DNA of 64,000 nucleotides. Origin: Eledone cirrhosa (taxonomy: Eukaryota). The notes beneath the pieces are model-generated. The model was given only the letters and a program-made list of their open reading frames with translations, searched no databases and had not been told where the DNA came from. The stretch spans positions 10,478,001 to 10,542,000 of the forward strand of contig OZ024759.1 in NCBI GenBank assembly GCA_964016885.1, in the 5' to 3' direction. Below are positions 23,635 through 36,492 of this stretch, in pieces (position 1 is the stretch's first letter; each line of letters starts with the position of its first letter). The position numbers were made by a program, and so were the translations under genes.

Positions 23635-25644
23635 AATTAAAAAAAAATTAAAAAAAGGGGGTCCCATTTCATAGAATTTTCTTTCGACAATTTCAAAAAC
23701 ATTTTTAGTTTCTTTATTTAGAAACTTTATCATTTTTAGTTTCTTTATTTAGAAACTTCATCTTTCTCAGTTTCTTTCAGGAAACTTTATCTAACTCTTA
23801 GTTTCTTTATTTAGAAACTTCAATACTCTTACGTTCTTTATAGCACGGCTTACTCAGTTTCTTGTAGACTCTTGATTTCTTTATTCATTTTTTGTCAAAA
23901 TAAACTGAACACAATTCGTATATAAGATGTAAACTTTCTTTATTCATTTTTGTCAAAATAAACAATACAATTCGTATATAAGATGTAAACTTTCTTTATT
24001 CATTTTTGTCAAAATAAACAATACAATTCGTATATAATATGTAAACTTTCTTTATTAAAAGAAACTACACCATTCCCGCTTGTTACGGCAAACAACACAG
24101 CAGAGGAACTTGAAGGCTGGACATCTGTAAAAGAAATGAAAGTCATTTACATACGTTATCAATAAAAAGAATGTTAAACTTTATAAAATTCATCCAATTT
24201 TGTCTTTTATACATTTAAATAGATGAAACAAGAAAACTTTTTCCTACATCGAGGGAGTAACTAAGAATGTAGTTGAAGTTTCTAAAGAAGAATGTAAATG
24301 GTTATTTGTTACGTAGATTAAAAGTTAAAGCGATATCGATCTGGTTAATATTTGTTTACGATGAGGATATCTAAAAAAACAACTAAGAATGTAGGTGAAG
24401 TTTCTAAAGTAAGAAACTAAAAATGTATATGAAGTGTCTAAAATTAAGCATGTAAATGGAAAAAGAAACTAAGAATGAAGTTTCTAAAGAATGTAAATAA
24501 AGTGTTGAAAAGGAACAAAGAAAGTAAATGAAGTTTCGTAAGAAGAAACTAAGAATGTAAATGGTTCTATGTTACGTAGGTTAAAGTGATATCGATCTAG
24601 TTAACACTGATCAACAGTTAATCTTATATTACGATCATGGTATCTATTTAAAAAAATGGGTACAAAACCTAAGTTTTATGGCCAAAACAAGACGGGTGTA
24701 ACATTCATCCCGTCAAAGACGACAGATCTCAAAAGATTCTGGTTAATATTAATAACCAGAATATAGCAACCAACATCATGTGTGACAGGAGCAAGTCCTC
24801 GAAAACGAATTTACAACAAAACACGAGGATATCGTGAAGGGAACTAGAAATATATTATTTAAATAAGAAAGAAAATAAGCTAAATTCTAATTCATATGAC
24901 AGAGAAATGTGGCAGTAGCCTCAACAAAACTATCGTCTAAATAATATTGTTGGAAGGAAACTAAGAATGTAGATGAAGTGTTGAAAAAAAGAAACTAAAA
25001 ATGTAAATGAAGTTTCTAGCGAAAGAAACTAAGAATATAAATGGTTGTAGGTTAAAAGTTAAAGCGATATCGATCTAATTAACACTGATCAACAGTTAAC
25101 CTCTGATTACAAAATACGAGGATATCATGAAGGGAAATAGAAATATATTATTTACCAGCTTAAATAATAATTAATAAAATACACTATTTCGTATGAGCAA
25201 GAAATATGTATGAGGGGGGTGTTGTATTATATTAGAATGTAAGATGTCGCTAAACAAAACTAATGTTTAAATAATTCAGACATTATGGAGGGAAATAAAC
25301 AGAAAATGTTTCAAAACTGGTCAACATAAAATAAAGCTTTACTTTACCTCCGTAAAATGAGTAAAATCCAAGTTTTTAACGTTTTTTTAATTCACGTTGT
25401 AAAACATGAAGTTCTTCATGCGGCCATTTAATTTTACTAAAGTACGCATGCGCCGAAAAAATTGGACATCAATGCGCAAAGTATTTATGTAAAGTTGTCG
25501 GACTTTACAATGGTGAGTTCGAATCTCACAAAGGTTTCTCTCTACATACAAGAGGACACGTGTGAAAGAAATAGAGAAGATAATAAAATGTAGCTGTATA
25601 TAGAGGTTTATTAGAAGAAAAAAGGAAAGGTATAGAGAAGAAGG

Positions 25645-25964
25645 TGTAGCGACGTGGTTAGTCGGTCTGGCCACTGCTTCTGATCGGATCTGAGAATAGC
25701 CCTTAAAAGGACTGTTATCGCATACGGTACGGATGAACAGACAAAAGAATATGTTGAAAGGACGAGCAAGGCGAGAGATGTGAGTGACAAGTGTGGCAGA
25801 GAAGAGGAACAACGATACGCAAGCTGACTCTGGCAAAGGTCGACTGGTGAAAGTAGGCGTTTTAATTTGGTGGCTTAAGGGTTGTTTGTTTCACGATGAG
25901 GTAGCTAGCTAAGCCGATAGATAGAGTTGTTTATTTCACAGATGTTATTTCCGGTGGCTGTACA
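25645..25964. mobile_element. Solo LTR (320 bp) in the right arm
   Basis: TGT...ACA termini and 4-bp TSD AAGG (25641-25644, 25965-25968); the left arm has the empty site at about 21215-21230. Confidence 0.8.
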
Positions 25965-26111
25965 AAGGTTTATATATTTTTCTTATGTGTCTCTAAAGAA
26001 ATATCTACAGAATGAGGTTTATAGAGAGAAATTTGAGTTAGAAAGTATGTATATAGTGTCGAGATGGTTTAGTTTAGTTCCTTATAAGGGGTAACACTAT
26101 TTGTATGCGTA

Positions 26112-27900
26112 TCATCATCATCATCATCATCATCATCATTTTACGTCCGCTTTTCCCTGCTTGCAAGTGTGGGACGGTTCTTATTCAGCACAGCTTCTCT
26201 CCACTTGTCACGGTCCTTCGTCATCTCCACCGTGAGCTTCAGCGATCTGAGGTCTGTTCTCACCACCTCCGCCCATGATTTTCGTGGTCTACATCTACCA
26301 CGTCTTCCTTCAAACGGCATTTCCTGGCACTTCTTCACCCATTGGTCACCCTCCATGCGCATCACATGTCCATACCACCTCAGTCTCCTCTCTCGCACAC
26401 TACATTCTATCCCTCTCAGACACAGTTTCTCTCTCAACAATTCATGCTGGGTCGTTCACGCACATTGACATTGCACATCCAACGGAGCATACTTGCTTCA
26501 TTTCTCTCCAGCCGTCGCATATCATCTACAGCTGCTGCACATGTCTCACTACCATGCAGTATCGCGCTCCTCACACAGGCATCATATAACCGGCCTTTCG
26601 TACGCAGGGAGAAACCCTTCTTCGTCAGCAGAGGAAGCAACTTCCTAAACTTCTTCCAACCCGTCCTTATTCTAGATACTATGGTCTCCCATGCTAATCT
26701 GATCTCCTAGGTACCGGAAGCTATCCACCACTTCTATAGCATCCACCTGCATTTGAAAAATGTGTCTATCAATGCGACTTCTACTGTCTAATTTCCCTGT
26801 ACAACTACTGCATACATATTTCTCCCTACCTGTTAGTTTGCCTGCTATCCCACTACATCTCTTGTGTACCCAGGATCTGCATTTTGTGCATTTTATAGAA
26901 TTTATGCTAGTTCCTTTTCTGCATATCGAACATGGCCATTTCCCTGACGGAATCAGAGTTTTGTCCTCTTTTCTACTCATCAACACTTTTGTCTTAGCTA
27001 TGTTCACTCTCAGTCCTCTTGCTTCCAGCTGCTGTTTCCATAGCCAGAATTTATTCTCTAGCTCCTCTACTGATTCTGCTATAAGAACCAGATCGTCAGC
27101 ATAGAGAAGTTCCCATGGACAGCCAGTCTTAAACTCATCTGTTATGGCTTGGAGGACTATAATGAACAAGAGCGGGCTGAGGACCGAACCTTGATGTGCT
27201 CCTACTTGTATCTGGAATTCCTCACTAAACTCCATTCCTACCCTGACTTTACTGACAGTACTTCTGTACAAAGTATGCACAAGTCATTCCTCAACACCTA
27301 GTTTCCTTAGGGACCACCAGATGACAGATCGGGGTACCCTATCAAAGGCCTTCTCTAGGTCAACAAGGCTAAGTATAGTGGATTATTTTTCTCTAAGAAC
27401 CTCTCTTGTAATTGTCTCACCAAGAAGAGGGCATCTGTTGTACTCTTCCCAGGCACAAAACCAAACTGCATCTCATCTAGTTTGACCCTTTCTCTAATTA
27501 GTTGTGCTAATATCCGTTCTGCCACTTTCATAACCTGATCCATCAGTTTTATACCCCTATAATTGCTCCTCACCAGAGCATCCCCTTTACCTTTGTAGCA
27601 ATTTATGAGAATACTCCTGCTCCAGTCTTTGGGTATGACACCACCATATATAGCCTGATTGATGATGCGTGAAACCAGTTTAGTGCCTATGTCTCCTGAT
27701 GCCTTCAGCATCTCAGCAACTATCACCGATGGTCCAGCAGCCTTACCATTTTTCATTTCCTTAATCACCTCTTGGACCCTATATTCGTCAATCTCAATAG
27801 CTGGTCCCTCTGTCTTACTGAGGGTAACTTCTCTCTCTCCCATTCGTTCTCCACATTCATCAGTCTCTCATAATGACATTTCCAGGCCTCCTTTTTCTGC
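26112..27900 (-). mobile_element. RTE LINE, 5'-truncated and frameshifted, inserted in the right arm
   Basis: QFGFVPGKSTTDA, GAHQGSVLSPLLF, LLYADDL, RLRWYGHVMR; (ATG)n tail at 26112-26138. Confidence 0.93.
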
Positions 27901-29289
27901 TTATTCGTGTATATTTTTTTTAATTTCAAAGAAAGCATGTTGAGTGGGTGAAGATGTGCCAGAAAGCCACATGAACATAAGATCCAAAGTGTGAGAGTTG
28001 TTGACATAAAGTGTGTATCTAATAAAATGTATGTGTATAGATCAAAGAAAACATTACATGCCTCTATAGTTTGGATTTGTGTCAGGTAAAAGTACTACGG
28101 ATGCCATCTACCTTTTGAGGCAACTGCTGGACAAGTACTTAGTTAAAAGGTAAACCTCTACTTGATTTATTTATTCATTTTTGTCAAAATAAACTGAACA
28201 CTATTTGTATATAATATGTAACCTTTTTTTATTAACAGAAACTTCGCCATTCCTACTTGTTACGGCAAACAACACAGCATATGACCTTGAAGGCTGGACA
28301 TCGGTAAAAGGAAATGAAAGTCTTTTACATTTTGTCTTTTATTATATATAGATTTAAATAGAGGAAACAAGAAAACCTTTCCTACATCGAGGGAGGTAAC
28401 TAAACTAAGAATGTAAATGAAGTTTAATGTAAATCAAGTTTCTAAAGAATGAAACTAAAAATGGAAATGAAGTGTTAAAAACGAACAAAGAAAGTAAATG
28501 AAGTTTCCTAAGAATCTAAATGGTTCTATGCTACGTATGTTAAAATGATATCGATCTAATTAATACTGACCAACAGTTAAACTTTGATTACGATGATGAT
28601 ATCTAAAAAAAAATTTCGTTCAAAACTAGACGGGTATAATATTGACTATGATCAAAGATGACTGATCCAAAAGATTCTGGTTAATATTAAGATGTGCCAG
28701 AAAGCCACATAAAAAAGCCTCTTCACATAAACACAATATCCAAAATGTATGTGAGGTTTATTGACATAAAGTGTGTATCTAATGAAATGTATGTGTATAG
28801 AGAGAAGGTTTAGTTTCTTCGATAATATACAGCAAAGATAACATTACATACATGAAAACAATATCCAAAATGAATTTTTTCAAAGTACCGAATAGCAAAT
28901 AAAAAAAGAGAAGAGTTCCATACAGAGGAAGTAACTCTAAATAAAGGGCGATCACTCTAATCAAATTTTGAGCAAATAGGAGTAAGACGGATTCCTCGCG
29001 CGGTCCAGCATGTAGCAAGCCTGCAAATAGTCCCGGCTGCCAACTAGGCCCCGTGCCATCGCAGCGATTCCATCTTCTGACACATGGCCACGCCATACAC
29101 AAGTAGGCGACCAAGTCCGAACAGCTGCGTGCATCGCCACGCGAAGCTGTAAATCTAATATGTAAAATGTTATTTTTTGATAGTTAACATCTATATATAA
29201 ACAGAGTTAACACCTATAAGGTTATTATATATACACACATACTGAGTTGATACCTATATATACACCTATAAGGTTATTATATATACAGA

Positions 29290-31340
29290 CAGACTTATCC
29301 AGCTCTCAATACCAAAGTTCGGTGCTAGTCCCTCCAGGATTTTCCATATGTATATCTCTGCGTATCTCTCCCGTCTTCGTTCCAAGGAGTAAAGGTTCAG
29401 TTCGTTTAGCATCTCCCAGTAGCTTATATCCTTCATCGTCGCAATCCTCTTGGTGTAGCTTCGCTGGATTGCTTCAAGCTCCATGGTTAGTTTGACACTA
29501 TGGGGTGACCACAGCTGGAAGCAATAGTCCAGGCGGCTTAGGACAAATGTTCTCCATTATATCATCAAGGTCCAGCCAGTGAGTCGTCTGCACATTGTCG
29601 CCACCTTCATGATGTGTGAGGAAAAAGATGCATCGTCACTCATGTCTACACCCAGGTCTCGTAGCGATTTCGACACGGGAATTTAGGTCCCTCCTGGTCC
29701 AGTGTAGCTGTGTTGTACTGTATTTGTGTTTGCAGGTTTGTATTGTAGGGCTTGCATGTTGTTGTCTTCCGCCCATTTGTATATAGCATCCAGATCTTGT
29801 TGTAAAAGGGCAGCGTCAGCAGAGTTTTTGATTGCCTGTGCTACCTTAGTGTCATCAGCATAGCTAGTGAGGAATCTTGTATGTACTGCAGAGGGCATGT
29901 CTGAGAGAGCTACCAAAAACAGTAGTGGTCCCAAGACTGTGCCTTGGGCACCCCACTTGTTATTGATGTTTCCTTTGAGAGGGCCCCGTTTGCTGCAACT
30001 GTATAGCGTCTGTCCTTTAAGAAGTCATGCAGCCACTCACCTACTTTTACAGTTATGCCGAGTCCGTGTAGTTTGTGACATAACATTCCGTGGTCGACCT
30101 TGTCAAAGGCTTTCTCAAAGTCTAGATATATCACGTCCACATGTGAGCTGTCTAGCAGTTGTTTCAGTACCCAGTCGTATTGATGTAGCAGCTGTGTAAG
30201 GCAGCTTCTTCCTGGGCGAAAGCCATGCTGCGTACTGGTCAGGTGGTCATTTTCTTTGAGGAAAGTGATCAGTTTCTTTCTGATGATTCGCTCCATGACC
30301 ATACTGATATGTGACGTCAGTGAGACTGGCCTATACTTTTTGGCCTCCGCTCCGCTACCTCCTTTATGGATAGGGCATATTGTGCCTTCTTTCAGCTGCC
30401 TAGGTAGTCTACCGCTAGCCAAGGAGCTTCTGAAGAGCGTCGTCAGTGGAGTTGCTAAGGCTCGCTTTCATATTTTTAAGAGGACTGCTGGGAATCCATC
30501 AGGTCCAGCAGCTGAGTCTGTTCTAATTTTCTCTATGGCGTAAACCACATCCTCCTCCATTATGTCTATGTGGTTGTGAATTGACAGTATCGGTAGAGGG
30601 TTGGACGCCATGCTTTCTAGCATAGTTACGTCCCTTTACAGTCTGAGTTCAAATCCCGTCGAGGTTAACTTTGTCTTTCATCCTCACGGGGTCGATAAAA
30701 TAAAGTACCACTAATGTACTGAGTAATTGCTGGCCTTGTGCCTAAAGTAGAAACAGTTATGTCTATGTGGTTGATGGTCGCCATTTCTTCATGGAGTGTT
30801 GTGGCATCAAAGAATTCCTCTGGATTTCGTATTTGCATGTGCCTCAGTGGACATGTGAACACACTTTTGTACTGTTCGTTCAGTATTTTACTTATCTCTT
30901 GGGATTCTCGGTCAATGAACCGTCTTTATGGAAGAGTGGCCCAATCTTGCAGTCTACCTAGAAAGTCTGTTTTGCAAATTTAAAGAAGGCCTTAGGGTCT
31001 GTTTTAATATTTTCTATGGCTCTGCTTTCTTTCTTTGCCCTCTCATTTTCATGGGAAACTTTGAGTGCAATCTCGATGTCAAGAAGTGTACGTTTCAAAT
31101 AGGATTCCTTCTTGTTTTTTTTTTGTGCATTCAACTGGTTTGAGAGCTTAGTTCTTCGTCTGATAAGGGTTTTTCTGTCTCTGGGAATAAGATTTTTGTG
31201 TCTGTTGGCCTTTTTCTCCGGGACAAACTTTTGGCATAGAGTTTGTATCGTTGTCATGAAGTGTTGAAAATGTGTGTTGGTGTCTTGTGTGGCGATGTTG
31301 TCACTCCATATTTGCTTCCAGATTTCTCTCGAGTTTTTTC
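29290..31340 (-). mobile_element. CR1/L2-like LINE ORF2 remnant
   Basis: YRPVSLTS, QHGFRPGRSCLTQL, YLDFEKAFDKV, SYADDTK and LYSLERRRER motifs; frameshifted. Confidence 0.9.
30577..30756 (+). mobile_element. SINE family A nested in the CR1-like LINE
   Basis: 17-bp TSD TTATGTCTATGTGGTTG at 30560-30576 and 30757-30773. Confidence 0.92.
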
Positions 31341-31359
31341 CGGTTAGCCTTGTAGAAGT

Positions 31360-31419
<60 letters not shown>

Positions 31420-31456
31420 TATATATATACATGTGTGTGTGTGTATGTATATATAT

Positions 31457-32330
31457 AGAGACGTGCTTCGTCCAATGCAAATCGCTGCTGACAGTAATGC
31501 ACAAGTCACGTTCACCAGAAGACTTCTTGATATTAGTGTTGTGGAGGGAGTATGTGGATGCTGGGTTTTTCCTCCCAGAATGCATGGTGGTACACTTGTC
31601 CACAGCCAGTCCATGATCCATTGCTGCATTGTGTCCAGGTCAGATTGCAGGAAAGATCTATAATGTTCAGGATATGTCCTTTTCATCTCAAGGTACAGCT
31701 TGATGTCATTTGCATTTCAACACTGTGGCATTCTGTAATCAATATATGCAACAAACAAAAGGGGACTAAGAACAGGTCCCTTTGGTACACCAGATGACAT
31801 CACATTGAGTGAAGAATGCTGTCCTAGACCCGAACTACCTCTCTTCGACTGAGAATGAAGGACTTCAACCAGTTTAAAAGATCATCTCTCTCTCACCCAT
31901 TGCAGAGTTTTGCCATAAGTCTTTTGTGTGGCACAGAATTGAAAGCTTTAGCAAAGTCAAGATAAACTGCATCCACCCATGAGCCGCCATCAGTGATCCA
32001 GGTGATGTCTTCAAGAAACTCGACAAGTTGATCACAGCAGCTGGAGTTAGGGATAAATCTAAATTGCAAGGGCCAGATAAGGCTGTGGGAATCCCAGAAG
32101 TTCCAGAGTGTTTCTCTGACACAGGTCTCTATCACTTTGGTGATGTAGCTAGTAAGACTGACCGGACGATAGTTGACAGGTGACAGATACCTTCTTTAAA
32201 TACTTTTTATGTACAGACTGACTGACCCCTTCCCCCTGAGGATGCCAACTTTGTTCCAGCCATCCGAATACTGTTGATTCAGTTAGGATCTAGCTGTTGA
32301 ATCTGCCAGAGCTCAGCCGTCGCTGTACTA
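31457..32330 (-). mobile_element. Second CR1/L2-like LINE family, RT remnant
   Basis: VYLDFAKAFNSVPH and ERDLCITVSSDL; overlaps in homology with about 63310-63430. Confidence 0.82.
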
Positions 32331-32355
32331 AATATATATATATATGTGTTTACAT

Positions 32356-32440
<85 letters not shown>

Positions 32441-32443
<3 letters not shown>

Positions 32444-32630
32444 TTGTCCCCCGGTATTTGCGGGGCTTACATTCCTAGATCACCCGTAAAGGGTTAAAAA
32501 CCGCAAATATTGGACAAGGTACACAATAATGCCTATAAACATCAAAACATAACGTAAAATGTAGGCTGGCTAACAAAATATATTGTTATTAATAATTTAT
32601 CGTTAAAAAGAGTGAGAAAATATATGTTGT
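32441..32630. mobile_element. Partial Tigger/pogo-like MITE after a (TA)n tract
   Basis: Similar to about 4856-5060. Confidence 0.55.
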
Positions 32631-33379
32631 CACCCTGTGAGGTGATCATTACAGGAGGTACCCAGCCAACCCTTTAAGATGGTCTTGATGGTGACATGAC
32701 AAATACACTCTGTCCACCCTATAGGGTGGTTGTGTTAGTGACACAAAACAATAAATGCAGCGATTGTGGATTTACAAAAGCACCCAGCCCAAATCTGTGA
32801 AGCGGCCGTGTTGGATACATGATAAAAGGCACCCAGTCCACACTGTAAATGTAGTGGGCATTAGGAAGGGCATCCAGCTGTAAAAGCCAAACCAGAAACG
32901 GTTCTCTGTGAGCAAGACAGTTATCTGATCTGACGAGTCTCACAACCCATCTAATCCATGATAGCCTGGGAAATAGATGTTAAACAGTGATGATGATGGT
33001 ATACATATACAGCGGGAGGACCCTTCAGTCATTTCAAGGGTATGACAGCCTTCCAAGTGTTTGGTGATCTACACGATAAATGCACCCAGTACATGCTGTA
33101 AAGTGGTTGGTGATAGGAAGGGCACTCAACCATAGAAAGATTGCCAACGAATGTGTTGTGAGGACCTTTATTTGTGTCATGACAACCTCTCCTGTGAGAC
33201 AGCAGATCCCTGAGTGTGAGACAGCAGATCCCTGGCTTGCGGGAGATCAGTAGCCACCACTTCTGTACTGACTTGGTCTATGTAGACCAATCCAACCATT
33301 TCTAGAAGGGCAAGCAGACGTTCAAACGATGATGCTACATATATATATATATATACATATATATATAGCAGCATTTGTG

Positions 33380-34330
33380 TTACTTACATGGAGGTCGAGG
33401 CGCTGAGCTACTCCAATGCAACTGCATCCATCAACAGAGTACCAGTTGATGAGGAGGGCACCGACTTGAGCTATGTAACCAACTGTCTGAAGGAAGACCT
33501 GCACTTGATGTCTTCCAAGTTCCCAGGCTACGTCGGGTTCTTTCATATTGTGGAGGACCTCACAACCGAAGGAGATAGGCCGGCAGTGCCAGGCCTGACA
33601 TGGATCAGAGGCCGAGGCCACCTAATTTCCCCGAGTTTCACCTGTTGTCAGTCAACACTGTCGAGGCTAACATTGCATATGAGTTCAACACAGCATGAAA
33701 TGGTGGTTTCAAATTCAATGAGGTTTTCTGCAGAAATAAGACAAGGTGCACTCCATCGTGTGAAGAGGGAATGAAGTTTCTTTGGAGGAAGAGTGCGTCA
33801 GTGTGGTGCAATCTATGTTATCCTTAGCAGGTTTGCAGCCACTCTGGTGTGTCTTCCGGGTGGATTGGAGATCCAAGAATGTAGATAGGATCAGCCAAGC
33901 CCCAGTCAGGATGGACGGCTGGATGCTGAGTATAGTGTCTTGAAAATCAGTTGTGCTGTAGATGACATTTACGAGCTTGGACAGGTTGATCTCAAGTACT
34001 GGGATCTCTAGGACTGGGATGACTTGCTCAAGGTCCTCTTCCAATTTACCCAGAGTCTCATCAGCAGGTACCAGATACTGAAGGATGAGCAATGCCATAA
34101 GAGTAGGGGGTCACCCTGCTGGATACATGTAGCAGAAGTGACCTTGTTGTCAACAGCCATGAGTGTGCTGGGTGTCCCATAGGAGAGGCATGGATGGGGG
34201 TGTAGTGAGAGTCTCTAAGATATGACCCCACCTAACACTGTTAGTAGGCAGGGTGACAAATGAGGCATGTGCTCTATGTAGTGCCTGACTTCAGGCTGGT
34301 CTGCGTCCTTGACCGCGCCAGGAATCAGTC
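33380..34330 (-). mobile_element. Degenerate non-LTR retroelement RT, probably CRE-clade
   Basis: Reverse-strand remnants IQQGDPL, IWYL..D.TLG, LEINLSK and GLALPAYL resemble CRE-type RT motifs. Confidence 0.5.
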
Positions 34331-36156
34331 TTGCCCCTTGTTTTGCTCTAAATTTGATTAGAGATATTTCCCTTTATTTAGATAACTTCCCCTAATGTTT
34401 TCTAGGACATCTAAGAAAATAAACCTTCTCTCTGTGAAGAGGTATTTTATGTTTTATTTACTGTGGCTCTCTGGCACATATTCACCCACTCGACACATAC
34501 AAATAATGTTACCAATCCTAAATAAACTAACCTAAGCCATCTCGACACTATATACATTTCTACTGCATTTCTGTTATAATGTATTAGCAAGAATACTCAA
34601 GGTTTGTTTGTGCCTTCAAGCGTATTTTGCAAAGTATAAAACCGGAAATCAACTCTGTCTTCACATCCGTTTGTAAGTGACCACGGATATTCATCATTTC
34701 ATATAAATGAATGGCAATGTGGTATATATGCAATAATATACTGTGTATCTTAAGAAGAAACTATAAAAGCTGAGAAAGAAGTAAAAGAAAAAATGCAGTA
34801 AATTTACTGGCTGCAGTGCCAGAACTTTGTTGTCTGCTGAGAACTATGGAAAAAAGAAAGAAACCACAAAAATGAGGAAGTTGCTTCAAATTCTGTTTTT
34901 TTTTTTAATGAAGAAAGGAAAAAAAAACAGATTTCTAGCAAAGTTAGATATTTTGGGTGCGGATATAATCGATTACATCGAACTTAATATTTGGCTAGTA
35001 TTTATGATTTCGACATCGGTCCCGACAGGATTTGAACATATAACTTAACAGTGCATATCATATATCATATCATACCGAATATGATAACCATTTTTATACC
35101 ATATGTCATTTCTGTTCCCCTTTTTATTGTATATTATAATTTACTGCCATATTAATGAAGAAAATAGAGAAATCCTATCATATTATGTAAAGTTTTCATC
35201 CCCATTCTATAGTTATTATGAACTTAATCATTTCTCTCTACACATTCTCAATAAATCTCATTCTGTGGATCAGCCATCTTTCTTTATTGAATACATCCTT
35301 TACCTTGTCAACAATACGTTTTACTATCTTCTCTTTTTAGAGACTACTAAGAAAAATATATAAACCTTCTTCTCTATACTTTTCATATTTTCTTTTAAGA
35401 AACAAAACGAAACCTCTATATACAGCTACATTTTTATTATCTTCTCTATTTCTTTCACGATGCATGGCACCTTCATTTCTCGCACACGTGTCCTCTTGTA
35501 CGCTGAGTGATTTGCTCAAGAACACAACGCAAAGCCCGGTCTGAGAATCGAACTCCCGATTGTAAAGCCCGACGACTTCACATAAATACTTTGCACATGC
35601 GTACCTTGTGTAACTCTGTTTAATAAAAATAAAATGGCAGCCAGAAGAACTTCATGTTTTCCAACATGAATAATTAAAAAAAAACGTTAAAAACTTTGAC
35701 TTTACTAATTTTACGGAGGTAAAGTAAAGCCTTATTTTATGTTGATCAGTTTTATTAAAATATTTTCTATTTATTTCCCTAATGTCAGAAATAATTATTT
35801 TAACGTTAGTTTTGTTTAGCTTCTGCCACACCTTACCTTCTAATGTAATACACCTCTCCCACATATTGGTCATATGAAATGGCATATTTCTTTTCAAGTT
35901 GGTAAATTTCTAGTTCCCCTCATGATATCCTCGTGTTTTGTTGTAAATTCGTTTTGGAGGACTTGCTCTTTGTCGACATATTCCTTTCACACTAGATGTG
36001 CCGTTGGGGTGTCAACCTGTGCCACTGCAGTCTGTTGTCACCACTGTTTTCTATTCTCCGTCACATGTATGGATTCTTCGTTCTGATAGAGTTTCTTTTC
36101 CATGGCAGAATCCACTTCTTCTTCTTCAAGTCTTCCACATGATGTTGGTTGCTATT

Positions 36157-36492
36157 CATTTCATTTCATTTTACGTCCGCTTTTCCCTGCTTGCAAGGGT
36201 GGGACAGGAACTGATTCTGGCTTGATTTCTACAGCTGGATGCCCTTCCTAACACCAACCTCATTTACAGTGAGTGCTAGGTGCTTTTTTTGTCGTGGCAC
36301 CTACACGTCCACTTTGCAGTGGAATGATAGGGACCCCAGTCCCTATTATCTCATTTCTACAGCTGAGTAAACTGGAGCAATGTAGAATAAAGTGTCTTGC
36401 TCAAGGAAACAACACATCACCCGGTCTGAGAATTGAACTCACAACCTTTCGATTGCAAGGCCAATGCTCTAACCACTAAGCCATGTGTCTCC
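36157..36492 (-). mobile_element. SINE family B, full length
   Basis: tRNA-like head with A/B boxes plus RTE tail. Confidence 0.9.

Larger units (their letters stand above)
19535..29287. repeat. Giant inverted repeat (foldback-like element), axis at 23444
   Basis: Left arm about 19535-23443 is the reverse complement of right arm 23445-29287, apart from three arm-specific insertions and scattered substitutions or small indels. Confidence 0.95.

Noticed and set aside
28985-29060. HDV-like ribozyme suggested by TTCCTCGCG
   Set aside because: I could not build the P1/P2/P3 pseudoknot, and the motif is not kept in the copy near 39470.
19535-29287. Palindrome as a fold-back read or assembly artefact
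   Set aside because: The arms carry different TSD-flanked insertions (SINE, solo LTR, RTE) and many substitutions, and a diverged second copy exists. Read-level confirmation of the axis is still desirable.
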